A stretch of DNA of 64,000 bases from Eledone cirrhosa. Its lineage: Eukaryota. Shown piece by piece: positions 15,101-29,320 of this stretch. The position numbers and the translations under genes were made by a program. Below the pieces are notes generated by a model. The model was not told where the DNA came from. It ran no database searches and worked only from the letters and a program-made list of their open reading frames with translations. Location of the stretch: contig OZ024743.1 in NCBI GenBank assembly GCA_964016885.1, forward strand, positions 26,288,001 to 26,352,000. Direction: 5' to 3'. Numbering within the stretch: the first letter of the stretch is position 1; each line of letters opens with the position of its first letter.

Positions 15101-18100
15101 TTATATATGGAGTGTAGTGACCATAATCTTGTAAGTGCTTGGTACCTCAAAATGACTTAATCCAGCTCTGTATTTGTAATAATAAAGAAGCGTAGACTCT
15201 GCTAATACAGTAAATAACATGGAAAAAAATCGAAATTTTCATGTTAATATATATGTTTGAAGGAAATTTAATGAAGGATTTATATTAGAATGTCTTATAT
15301 GTTTACATGAATGTGAATATGTATGTATTTTGTTGTTTTTTCTTGCTAACCCTAATCTTAGCAGTGGTCAGCAGCAAAAATCATGGACCAATGGTCGTGC
15401 CTGATTAATTTCTCTTGGGGCTCTAAACACTTAAAGAATTATATATGAAGCCTGCAATTTTTTTATTAACAAATACATTTGAATAAAATGGTGCCCTTCA
15501 TCTCTTGACACCCTAAATATATGCTTATTTTCCTAAATGGTTAATCCAACTTTGAAGAGTGGGATGTTTATGGGCAATTGCCTGCTGGAAATCTTTTTAA
15601 TTCATGCTATTATAGTGATTTTAAAAAAAGGTTGTATATTACATGTTGGGAGATGGAGGAGTGTATTTATATGGCTTTGGTTTGTGGTGGGGTGTACAAA
15701 TGTGAAGGATAGTAGTTTAATGAATGCTTAATGTGAATGATAATTGAAAAGTGATGAATTGTTCTATTGATCATAATTTACAGTGTCCAGGATGAGATTA
15801 TTTTTACTAAGGCTGTGGAAAGTTTATACAGAAATAGAATCTGTTTGAAATTATTTACTTAGCCTCTTTTTTCCTGATTAGGAAATAAAGCTTCAATGAC
15901 TCAACATCAGTCATGTGTAAGATGTATTTCTCTCAGCTCACTTTCAACTGTTTTATGCCAGATATTCTTTGGCTGCTATTTCTAGCAGGTTAAGTAACCA
16001 CATAGAGGCTCCCTTCTGTGCTTGAGTACTATGATGTTGTGATTGTTGGTCAAGGAGAACCTGCTGATTGAAAAGAAGAATGTCTTAGAATGACACATGG
16101 AATGAATTTATTAATATAATTCTAAATATAATTGTTTCTACTTTTGGCACAAGGCCAGCAATTATCCAGTACATTACTGGTACTTTATAATTCTAAATAT
16201 AATGATTTAATTTTCTAATATTTCAGATGCTTTCAAATGTATATTTTTATAAAAATGCTTTTGAAGATGCCATTAAACATTATAAGCAGCTGTTAGAAAA
16301 GAAACCAGGTGAGATTCGTCTTATAGATTTTAAACACTATCAACACAGGAAGCTGAGCAAACACAAACACTTCCATATAGTCCTCACTTGGTAGAAATAG
16401 CAGTCAAATCTTTTTTATAACACACCCTATCATTTTCAGATTGGAAGGACACATTGGATACATTAAGTCTTGGAGTTAAATGACAACAACTTAGGGAGGT
16501 AGATCTAGGGACATGTGTGAGGGGCAGAGTGTTATGGCATAGGTGGAGTGTTAGGACATGAATGGAGTGTTGGACGTGGGTGGGGTGTTTGGATGTGGGA
16601 GGGACATGGACGAAGGGAGAGGTGTTAGGACGTAGAGGTGTATGGAAGGGGATTTCATTTAATAATTCAAATAAGAGCTACAATGTTATGTTTAATAAGA
16701 TAGTGGTGACCCAGTATGGATGACCTCAACCCACATTTAACAGAACACAGGTAAGACAATTGTTGATGGAATGGGGGAGTTACTTTTCAGGTAATCATGA
16801 CCGTTGTCTGTTAACTAACATATACTAACATTAATACCATTGCAATCACAAGCACTAATATATTACACAGCAATTGTCACAACGAAAGTAAAAAATTTCT
16901 GACAATAACATGAAACTCGAGAGGAATGATAGACAGCAATATTCATGCATTTCTTTTATAAATAAAGTGAAATAATTTCAACTTGGTAAAAGTAAAGCAT
17001 CTTTTCACAAAGAAGTTGTACTTTAATTATGTTTAATTTATAATGGAAGTAGTGTTTGTGAAATAACAATTGCAATATGTTAAAAGTTCAGAGAGCTTAT
17101 ACCACTATTAGCCGCTAAAGGGTTCTCCCTAAAAATGAAAGGCAGGTTGTAGGATGCCTGCATACGAACAGCAATGTTGCATGGCAGTGAGACCAGGGCA
17201 TTGTGTGCAGTGGATATACGCAGACTAGAGAGGAACGAAGCTTGCATGCTCCGCTGGATGTGTAATAGTAATATACGTGAACAGCAAAGCATAAACGAAC
17301 TAAGGAAAAAATTAGAAATAAGAGGGATCAGATGTTGTTTACTCGAGAGAAGGCTACGTTGGTATGGTCACATGATGCGCATGAAAGACGACAGCTGTAT
17401 AACAAAGTGCAGGGCAATAAAGATAGACGGTAGCTACGGAGTAGGCAAACCCAGAAAAAGCTGGGACGAGCTGATAAATTCCGACCTCACACACTTACAC
17501 CTCTCCAAGACAATGTCACTGGACCGAGACCTTTGGCGGTACTCAGTAATAGAGAAGACCCGCCTTACCTAAATACAAAGTAAAACCTACTACAGTCAGT
17601 AGGCATCTCTAACAAAATACACCCCGTCCCACCACTCCCACCCCATCCACACCGCCCCTTTCAATGTAAAGTTATGTTGGTGCCACAACATCCAGGCCGA
17701 AACAAATGAGATCGTGTAGGTGTCACGACAAAAAAACACACAGTCCACGCTGTAATGTGGCCGTGTAGGCAACACGGTAAAAACCTCCCAGACCCACACT
17801 GTAAATGTGGTTGGTGTTAGGAAGGGCATCCAGCTGTAGAAAACCCGCCAGACAGTCCTATGCGAGCAAGACAATCACTCTTGCCTCAAGTGGGAAAACT
17901 CCCGTCCAGACCCATGCAAGCGTGGAACACGGACGTTAAACGATGATGATGATGATGATGATATTCAGTAAGTGTGCCAATCAGCTGAATGACCATTTTT
18001 TGTTGTTATTATATTACCATAAATAATGTACTGGGTAATTGCTGGCCTTGTGCCTAAAGTAGAAACAATTATATTACCATTACAACGTGAGGACCAAAAA

Positions 18101-21100
18101 CGTGAGGTGTTCAGGATTGCTAGGCAATGTGTCAAGGAAAACAGTGATATTGTCGGGGAGAAGTGTGTACTTAACGATGACGGCGTACTTGCCATCACCG
18201 ACGCCGATAAGAAGGTAGCTTGGAAGTGTCACTATGAAAGGCTACTAAATGAGGGGAATAAATGGGAGAAAGACAGTCTCCCCCACATCGACCCAATAGA
18301 GGGACCAGCAGTGTTAGTCGAGGGTAGTGTAATAAGTAAGGCAATCAAAGATATGAAGACAGGCAAGGCGGCTGGGCCTTCGGAAATAGTTGCCGAGATG
18401 CTGAAGGCATCTGGTACGGTGGGACACACCATGGTCACCCGGATAGTCAACCAAGTCATACAGAATGGGGTTCTTCCAAAGGACTGGCGTAGCAGCATTA
18501 TCGTTAACTGTTATAAGGGTAAAGGAGATGCCCTAGATAGGAGTAACTATAGAGGCATTAAATTAATCGACCAGGTCATGAAGGTCACGGAAAAAGTAAT
18601 AGCGCAACTAATCAGAGAGCGAATTGATCTAGATGAAATGCAGTTCGGGTTTGTGTCAGGAAAAAGTACCACAGACGCTCTTTTCATTGTACGACAACTA
18701 CAGGAGAAGTACCTAGCTAAAAGTAAACCCCTATACTTAGCTTTCGTCGACTTGGAGAAGGCCTTCGACAGAGTCCCCCGTTCCATTATCTGGTGGGCTC
18801 TTAGAAAACTAGGTGTTGATGAATGGCTTGTGAGAGCTATACAAACCATGTATAAAGAAACAGTCAGCAAGGTTAGAATTAACAACGAATATAGTGAAGA
18901 GTTTAGTGTAAAAGTTGGTGTTCATCAGGGCTCTGTTCTTAGCCCCCCTACTATTTATTATTGCCCTCCAGGCTATAACAGTGGAGTTCAAGACCGGCTG
19001 CCCATGGGAACTCCTATACGCAGACGATCTAACGCTCATAGCTGAATCAATGGCCGAGCTAGAGAAGAAATTCCAAACATAGAAGCACGGCCTAGAATCA
19101 AAAGGCCTTAAAATTAACCTGGCTAAGACTAAAGTTCTAGTTTGTAAGAAAGAAAATAAGGCGGCGGTCCCCTCCGGGAAGTGGCCATGCGCAGAGTGTA
19201 GGAAAGGCGTAGGTAGAAATTCCATTTTGTGTCCCAAATGCAAAGTTTGGGTGCATAAAAGATGTAGTGGGATCACAGGTAAGCTAACTAAGAACATAGA
19301 TTTTACATGTGGCCGGTGTTCTGGGGCAATAAGTAGCAGCAAGTGCCCACAAAATACTAGCTCTTTCAACTGTGCAGAGGGTTCTATAGAAATAGTGGAC
19401 AGCTTCCGTTACCTGGGTGACAAAATCAGCAGTGGGGGAGGGTGCTCTGAAAGTACAGTAGCTAGAGTCAGAACTGGGTGGAAAAAGTTCAGAGAGCTTA
19501 TACCACTATTAGCCGCTAAAGGGTTCTCCCTAAAAATGAAAGGCAGGCTGTACGATGCCTGCATACGAACAGCAATGTTGCATGGCAGTGAGACCTGGGC
19601 ATTGTGTGCAGAGGATATACGCAGACTAGAGAGAAACGAAGCTTGCATGCTCCGCTGGATGTGTAATAGTAATATACGTGAACGACAAAGCATAAACGAA
19701 CTAAGGAAAAAATTAGAAATAAGAGGATCAGTTGTTGTTTACTAGAGAGAAGGCTACGTTGGTATGGTCACGTGATGCGCATGAAGGACGATAGCTGTAT
19801 AACAAAGTGCAGGGCAATAAAGATAGATGGTAGCCACGGAATAGGCAGACCCAGAAAAACCTGGGACGAGCTGATAAACTCCGACCTCACACACTTACAC
19901 CTCACCAAGACAATGTCACTGGACCGAGACCTTTGGCGGTACTCAGTAATAGAGAAGACCCACCTTACCTAAATACAAAGTAAAACCTACTACAGTCAGT
20001 AGGCATCTCTAACAAAATACACCCCGTCCCACCACCCCCACCCCATCCACACCGCCCCCTTCTATGTAAAGTTATGTTGGTGCCACACCATCCAGGCCGA
20101 AACAAATGAGATCGTGTAGGTGTCACGACAAAAAAACACACAGTCCACGCTGTAATGTGGCCGTGTAGGCAACACGGTAAAAACCTCCCAGACCCACACT
20201 GTAAATGTGGTTGGTGTTAGGAAGGGCATCCAACTGTAGAAAACCTGCCAGACAGTCCTATGCGAGCAAGACAATCACTCTTGCCTCAAGTGGGAAAACC
20301 CATGCAAGCGTGGAACACGGACGTTAAACGTTGATGATGATGATGATGATGAAATAATAAACTTGCCCCTAAAACCAATTTACAACTCTGTAAATTTAAA
20401 GATTAATCTTTAAAGAAGTTGTATATACCTGTACACTATGTTTAAAATTTTTCTTAAATTCAATTTGTTGTCCTTGTTTAGGTAAGTTCAGAATGAGCAG
20501 ACCTATGACCTAAGATATTCTTGCAATGACCATCTTATTTTTATTTCAGTTATAGTCTATCTAGGACTAAATTATCCAATATAGCCAAATTATATAAAAT
20601 AGTAGAAAAATTTGGCTGCTATTTCTAGTAGCTCAAGTGCCCACTTAAAGGTTTTCTCAATAAACTCATTTTTATATTTTCTTTTTTCTATACATATTTT
20701 CTTGATGTTTCCCAGTTTGCATAAATAATTTTATGTCTTACAAATGAAAATTTCTTAAATATTTGCAGATAATTATGAAGTTCTCGCCAAACTCATTGAT
20801 GCTATGAAATGCAATGGGCAGCTTGATGAAGTACCAAAGTTCCTGGAGTCTGTAAAAGAGGCATTGACCTGTGCAAAAATGGAAGCTGGTTACTATTTTT
20901 GTCATGGTCTATATAATCGGTAAGCAATGTCACTATTTATAATCTGCCTTCACCACTTCTTCTCATGTTTCCCCTTCTTCCTCTTTCAAAAAGTCTTAAT
21001 CATTCCATTTGGATGCCCTGGCACCTCTATATTCAACTGTCATTCTTCATATGGAACATATGTCCATACCAGCACAGCCACCTTTTTTGTACACTGCATC

Positions 21101-24100
21101 TAATTCAGTTTTTCTCTAAGCTCATTTATACTCCATTATTGTGCTCCATTTATCTTCCATCATGTATACATTTCATAGAGCATATTCATCTCATTTCTTT
21201 CCAACTTTTGCACGTCCTTCACCTTTAATGCCCATGTTTCGCTGCCGTGAACATAAGTGTCATACACTCTGCTCTTCACTCTGAGAGAAAATTCCCCCCT
21301 TGTTAGCAGAGGTAATAGATCCCAAAGCATGTTTCATCATATTCTTACTCAGGGTACACTGATTTTGGAGCACCTTTATCCACTGCTAATTGAGTCACCT
21401 AGGTCACAGAAGCTATCAGCTAGTTCTATAGTGCTTCCAGAGTGTTTAAAAGAATATATTTCAGAAGTAGTCATACTGCTGACTACTCTGCACCTGCTAC
21501 TTACAAAATCTACCTCCTTTGCTGCCTACCTTACCCTTTATGCACCCATAATCTACAATAGGTAAACTATAGAATTCCTACCTACTCCTTTACCGAAAGA
21601 ATTCAAATGACAGTAGAGTCCTATCTTCCTTGCTACTAACTAAAACTTTAGTCATTGCTAGGTTTACTTTACTTACATTTTGAATTTCTTTAAATTTTCA
21701 AAAGATTCAACTTTGAAAGATATATCAACAGAATACAGAAGTTCCCTTAAACAGCTGATGTTAAGCTTTCCTGCTACAGCCTGAGAAACTATACTAAACA
21801 GAAAGTGGCTGAAAACTGAGCCTTTATGGACACCTTCCTACACACTAAATTCATGACTGAAATCATTGCCAATTCTCATCCTGTTGGGCTTGCATACCTC
21901 TCACAAACTACTTAGCCACACCTAGTTTTTGCCAGAATACATAGAATACAAATGATTGCTTTATAAGTAACTATTCCTAAAATATTATAATGTCATCTGT
22001 TGATAAAAGCTGCTACTTTACTGGTTTGTATTTTCAGATTAATCAGCTCCTCTACAGCTGCTCTGAAAAGTTTCAACATGACTCGAAAGGATGCAACATG
22101 GAGTAATGCTGCCCTTTACAACATGGTGGAGATATGCCTGAATCCTGACAGTGAAACAATTGGTGGAGAAGTTTTTGAGTCTGTGGACACTAATAATGGG
22201 TTAGACTTTTGACATTTCTTTTTAACGGAATGTTTGTTTTTGTTTGTTTTTTTGTTTTTTTTTTGGCAGGGGAACTCTTAGTTTTGTTTTCTGCAATGAC
22301 AAGTTTATTTATAAGGTATGAGCAATAAAATTGTGATTAGTTAGTTCACAAATTTGTGTGAATATTATTCTGTGATTTAACCCCTTCATGACCATATTTC
22401 TAATGAAATCTTGGTTGTCCATCGTGAACAATGATGACATCTTCTTTATTTTAGTTCCCGTCTGCCGTGGGCACAAAGGCGGCTGTAGAGGCCGATCCTT
22501 GACTTGCAGGTCCGGGGACAGTGGGGGCAGGGGAAGAGACCGGAGTCACTTGAGGCAGCTGTTGATGCCTTTCTCCTCCTTTCACGAGCCTCAGTGACTG
22601 CCAAGAATCAAGTTCTTCTTTCTATTATGTTGGTTTCGACTGCTTGGAAGGGTAAAACCGCCAACCGCGGTATACTGGCCGGCTTTGTGTGGGACGAGCA
22701 TTTGGTTAGGGCTCCTTTTATCGCCCCTCCCCTCATGCGAGGGTGAGCAGTGCTCCCCTGAAAAGGGCTGCTCAGTCGCCCGGTGGAACACTTGATCTCC
22801 TCTGACATCGAATCGCTGCAGAGCTTTGGGAGTGCATGCTCAAGAAGAAACCTGTGCAGGAAAGGTTTATAGTGGGAGGGCTAGTGCACAGTGATGGTCC
22901 CACTCACTTGGCCGCAGAAGCCAGAATCCGGTGGTATGGAGGACCGTCACGACCAGGGACTTCCTTGGCTGCAGTGGATGGCCATGACATCTGTAGTGCC
23001 TTGCCGTGCCCTAGCGCTCCACACCACTTGCTGTCGCCGCCTTTGTGACCGTTGGGACAATGTTGTCCTCCTCCACTCACTCCGCCGGGTCCCGTCTTCG
23101 CATGCAGGGGCAGGCATCCCCTATTTAACTCACCGGGGAGTTTCAGACCCGTCCGGCTACCCTCAACCTGGTTCGGCCCGCCAGCCAAGGCGGTTTACCA
23201 AGGTGTGGTTGCTGTCGCATGCTACAGCTTCTCGGGGCCACAAGTGAGAGCTGAGTGTCAGGTGGGACCCAATGCAGAACGAGCTCTCCTGAAAAGGGCA
23301 TGGCTAGCCCCCCTACAGAGGTACATGCCCCTCCCTGACACCCCAGGCAAATACACACGTATATACATACACATACATACGTACACTCACTCTAATTCAA
23401 TTAATTAGTGAAAACATTTGAGAGATTTACTAAAATTAATTATTTCATTACTAAGATAGTAACTTAACAAAAAATGGTTGTATAAAATAATGTACTTGTA
23501 CAGCTGTTGCTTGTCTTTTTATGTCAAGTATTGTGTGCTGAGTTCCATTCTGTTGTTAATTTGTGGGTTGAGTCTACATATAAGCAAGACTTATAAGTAA
23601 TTTGTTGTGTATTATATACTGAAAATTATGATAGGGAAAATGTTGCATTGTGATGAGTTTACATAAACACTTTAAATGTTATTTTGTCTACTTATTGAGG
23701 GTTGGGTAATGTTATGTTGAAATAGATGTTAAATATATTATTTTTTTTTTAAATCTTAGTTACGATCAACAGAGAACAAACAATGAGCAAGTGGCTCTCA
23801 GGACTGCTGAAAAGCTTCTGAAGGTATGATGCATTGTCTTCTTCATTGACATTATGGCCACCACCATCAGCATCACCACTACCACCACCTCCTTTATCAT
23901 CGTCATCATCATCACCATTGCCATTATCATCATCACCACTATCATCATCATCATTATCATTACCACCACCAGGGTGTTGAAACTGAATCAGACTTCAGTC
24001 CAGCAACAAATATTAACCAGCATAGGCATGGTAACTTAGTCTCAAGACCAATACTTGACTGGTGTCTCTTTTATTGAAATCCAGAGGATGAAAATATTTA

Positions 24101-27100
24101 TAATAATAAGCATAATCATTAAGAAGAAATATCTTGCTCTGTCACTACAGAAGGTATACCAATAGGGATGACAAAAGAGGAACTATCATTTACAAGAAGT
24201 ACTGAAATATGCAACTACAAGCCTATCACATGATCACTCCTGATGTAGAAACTACAGATGGGCCTAATAGCTAATGAGATGTACATTTTCATGGAAGTGA
24301 ACACCTACTCTTTAAAGAACAGAAAGGATGCTAAAAATCATTATGAGCACTAATCTCAAAACACTATTCCATTGACACAATCAACATGGAAATATAAGCT
24401 AAATTAACAAGAGACCTTTATTGTATGAGCAACTAATCAATGTTAACTTTACAGGTAGTTTTTCCGAAAAAATCACCCACTTGGATACTAGCTGTAAAAC
24501 ATGCTAGCCCAGAAGGATTACAAATGTTACCATGTCAAGATATGTTCCTATTTCCATTAGAACCTTTGCTGGAAATATGGAGTTCAAATATCTGCAGAGG
24601 TAGCAGGATGAGACCAAAAAGCTTCAGAAAACAAACAAGTACCAATAAAACAATAATCAGTATCTTACAAAAATCTACATTAACCCTTTCATTTCTATAT
24701 TTCTGATGAAATGCACTGCTTGTGATTTTCCTATAATTTTTAAAATAATGAAGAATTTGGAGAGATTTAGTAATATAACTAACTTTCTCATTATTAAGTT
24801 AATGTTTGGAGCATATTATAACAAAATTTATTACATAAAAGTATAATTGTTTCTACTTTTGGCACAAGGCCAGAAATTATCCCAGTGCATTGCTGGTACT
24901 TTATTTTATCGACCCCATAAGGATGAAAGGCAAAGTTTACCTCCACGGGATTTGAACTCACACCGTAAAGGGGCGTAACTCTATGCTGGAAAGCATGGCG
25001 TCCAACCCCCTACCGATACATTACATAAAAGTATAATGTAAGGATTTTAGATAAATATAGAATAAACATGTTTTAAATCATAAAACCAAGCATGGTTTCT
25101 AGCAGTTTGGTGTCAAAGTGTTTAATTGGAGCTGCTAGTGACCTGAGACAAATTCTTTTTTTTCTAAAATTTCTTAGCCTGGTGGAAAAAGAAGCAGAAT
25201 ATTTAGTAATGTGTCTCCAACTACAATTCAAATTTCTTTTAAAATTAAAATTTTTCCTTTTGTTTACTTCAAGAAATATTTCTTTTAAGGATTATGTGAA
25301 ATATATTCAATAAAATCAAACTTTTAGTTTAAATTAAATTTACAAAAGTGCTTAATTTTGTTGTTTAATTTTCACTCAAAGAGTTTCTTTTAAATTTTTA
25401 TTTACAATCTTTTCCAATAATATAGAAAATATTATTGATCATTTCAGGAAATAATTTTTTTAAAGTTTTATTGAAAGCATATCTTAGAATCTCACAGAAT
25501 CTGGAATTTCTCGTATATGGAAAATATTTAGCAAATAGTGTCTAGAAGCTTCATTTGAACAGCAGCAGCAAGTGTTTTAAAGTCATTTTCTCCTATTTAA
25601 ACAGAGGTTAGCCATGAAGGCTTCATGCTCATAATGGAGTTATTTTTGAAGCAGTGTTTTATGGTCAGTGGCCTTTCTTTGTGCCAACCCTTTTAGTTAC
25701 TTCATATGATATATAAGGATAACTGAGAGGATTCTGTGCTCTCAGCTGAGCATCAAATTGAAAATGAGTAACTCAATACAAAACAAGTTAAAAACAAAAA
25801 TAAAAGTTGCATGTTTTCAAGAAATTCTAAATGCCCCTTTTTTCTATTGAATAGGAGGTGAAACCACAGGAAAATAATGTTCAGTTACAGATATTGAAGA
25901 ATATGGTGCTAGTGAGCACCAAAAATAAACCAAATGTTGAGAAAGCTTTAATAAATTTAATGGAGATTGTCTCCGCCAATGTAAGTTTAACATTTGCATT
26001 GTAATATTCTTCTTCTCCTCCTCCCACATATTCTTGAGAGGGTCAAAGGGACAAAGTCCTCAAACTTTTTCTAGTGAGTCCTGTTAGAAGCAACCATCTC
26101 CAATTGATTCAGCTGGATCCTCAAGTGAGACCAGTCAAGCTCATGGATATTATCCAACCATCTTGCTCAGGGTCAACCACTGGGCAGTAGCGCAGCTAGA
26201 AGGAGGTGAGAGTGAGGGGCGTCCGCCACAGGCGACACTTTTATGGGGTAGGTACTTTTGGGTCTGCTGTCGTCTATAAGCGTTCTTTTAATGCTGTGGC
26301 ATAATATTATAATTGGACACAGACTAGTTAATATATATATATAACTTTAAGAGTGAGTCACTGAGCAATATGTATTTTTTGTGGAGGCCTGAGGGCATCA
26401 AACTAAAGGGCTTTCCCAGGCGGCACACACTCTAACTATGTCACTGCCCCTGGGTCTCATGCCAGTAGGTTTTTCCTGTAAGATCTGTTAAGCGATTCTT
26501 TCTTGAGACATTCTAACCACATAACCATAAAATTGGAGCTGTGATCTCTAAATTTGGAGAAGTAGCAGCTGTATCTGGAGCAACTCTGATCTCCAATCTA
26601 CACACTCTATCAAGTAACGTTACTCACATGAGATAATTTCATATCTACTTTAAATTTTGAAATATATTGTTAAAATATATGCTTTTTTTGAAGTGTAAGA
26701 AAGCAAATATTTATGAAAAAATATATTCAGCACTCAAGCATTAAACTGGTAACCTTCATCATACCATGTTCCTTCATCATACCATGTTCCTTCCATATAG
26801 TTTAGGAACTGTTTTCTGGCTGTTGTTGATCTTGCTCTCTATTTGAGACATTCGTTTCTTTTTTTAACAAACATGAAACTAATATGACTGTGTAATTATA
26901 TCCTTGTATTTGTTTTGTTTTTTTTAATCTGGCATCATATTTTAAATATTTACAAGGAAATCTACCTGGCATCTTGCTACTTTACTTTTGGATTACTGCA
27001 TGTTTTAACTACTCCTGCTCTGCTCAAATCTTCTGACTAACCCTCTCTTTTGTTTACTTGTTTCCATCATCTTGTCTTCCTCCTTTTTCACTCCCATTTG

Positions 27101-29286
27101 CTTCTTTCCTCACCATACCCAACCAAAAAGACCTCCTCTTTCTCTTAATTTTATCTTGCTGAGACATTTCTTTTCCTTTTCCAGCAAGTGTGAAACTAAT
27201 AAGTCTTTGTGTAACTGTATCTGTGTTTGTTTTTCTTTATCTTGAACAATATATATAAATATATATATCCATTATCTGGTGGGCTCTTAGAAAACTAGGA
27301 ATAGATGAGTGGCTTGTGAAAGCTATACAAGATATATATAGAGGAACAGTCAGCAAGGTTAGAATTAACAATGAATATAGTGAAGAATTTAGCGTACAAG
27401 TAGGTGTTCATCAAGGCTCCGTCCTTAGCCCCCTCCTGTTTATTATTGCCCTACAGTCTTTAACAGAAGAGCTTAAAATTGGCTGCCCATGGGAATTTCT
27501 ATATGCAGATGATCTAACTATCATAGCTGAATCTAGAGAAGAAATTCCCAAACTGGAAGCATGGCCTGGAATCAAAAGGTCTTAAAGATTAAGTTAGCTA
27601 CAAAAGGTTTTTCCCTAAAAATGAAAGTCAGATTGTACAATGCTTTGTATATCAACAGTAATGTTACATGGTAGTGAGACCTGGGCACTGTGCACAGATT
27701 TCCTGCGAAGATTGGAAAGAAATGAAGCATGCATGCTCCAGTGGATGTGTTATAGTAATATACATGAACAGCAAAGCGTAAATGAACTAAGTGTGAAATT
27801 AGGCATAAGAGGGATCAGGTGCAGTATACTAGAGAAGTCACTGTATTGGTATGGTCATGTGATGCATATGAAGGACGACAGCTGTATAAAAAGGTGCAGT
27901 GCGATCAAAATTGATGGAAGCTATGGAGTAGGAAGACCTGGGACAAGGTGATAAAAGCTGACTTTGCACAATTGCACCTCTCAAAGACAATGACACAGGA
28001 TCGAGATCTTTGGTGTTATGCAGTAATAACAGAAGACCTACCTTCCCTTGCACAGACTCAAACATACCTCCAGTAGGAACCTTTTAACCTCTTTACCACT
28101 TAATTCACTATAACACCTTCCATAAATCCCCCACACCCTCCTACTTCTGTCCACACCACCCTTACATTGTTAATAGTATCACAAAAACATCCTGTCCACA
28201 CTGTAAAGTGGTCGTGTAGGAGTCACGACAAAAGGCACCTAGCACACACTGTAAATATGGTTGGCATTAGGAAGAGAATCTAGCCAGAAACAGTCTTGTA
28301 TGAGCAAGACATGGTCACCTGACCCAATTTGTCTCTAATGGGAGAACCTGTCTAACCCATGCTAGTGTGGAAAATTGATGTTAAACGATGATGATGATAA
28401 TTGTTTCTACTTTTGACACAAGGCCAGCAATTAACCAGTACATTACTGGTACTTTATTTTATCGACCCTGTAAGGATGAAAGGCAAAGTTAACCTTGGTG
28501 GGATTTGAACTCAGTCCGTAAAGGGACGTAACTGTGCTGCAAAGCATGGCGTTAAACCCTCTACCGATACTGCCAATCCAGATGATAATGATGCTCAACT
28601 TCACTTAGCTTAACTTAGCTCTGTCCAGTTCAATTTGGTTTGGCTCAACTTAGCTCTCTTTGGCTTGGCTTAGCTTAGCTCTGTCCAGCTTGGGGATCCA
28701 GGATCAGATTGGAGATCAGGGATCCAATATCAGATTGGGATCCAGCATCAGGTTGTGTATCCAGTATTGAATCAGTGATCTGTGTTGAACCAAGTATTGA
28801 GTCGGTGATCCAGTATCGGATCAGGGTTCCAGGATCATATCGAATGAACACAGCTCTGTCTAGCTCAGCTTGGCTTGGTCTAGCTTTGTTCTCTCCACAT
28901 TATCAATATTATCCATGGGCAAAGCAAAAGCTAATACAACTTGGCACCATTGTTGTTGCAGCCTTTGTATTTTCCAGCTGAGTGGATTATGAATATTGTG
29001 AAAGTAAAGTGTCTTGTTCAAGGAATCGAACTCACAACCTCTGTCACGACCCTACTAACCTTACAACTGAGATTTAAGAGAATTGTCATCACTTTGCTAT
29101 ATTTATAGCAAAGAAGTAGAATCTAGACCATAAGCCCTGTGGTTTCCGCTTGTTTCTCAAGATTTCTCAGTACCCTTAAGAAAAGAAGCTGAAACCACAG
29201 GGCTTGTGGTTGGAATTCTACTCTTCAATACACCCACCCTGCATCTCATCATCCATCGAGTACTACTCTGATTTCACAGACATTCC

Positions 29287-29320
<34 letters not shown>

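Noticed and set aside
18026-19972. Intact autonomous LINE or domesticated RT gene
   Set aside because: No endonuclease domain, frameshifts at ~18945 and ~19730, and an in-frame TAG at ~19080; a dead 5'-truncated copy.
23766-24039. ORFs rich in M/V/I/T
   Set aside because: Produced by a (CAT/CAC)n microsatellite in a TTC21B intron.
24703-24712. CTGATGAAA motif (also 14953)
   Set aside because: No stem II or downstream GAAA/UH arrangement; chance match.
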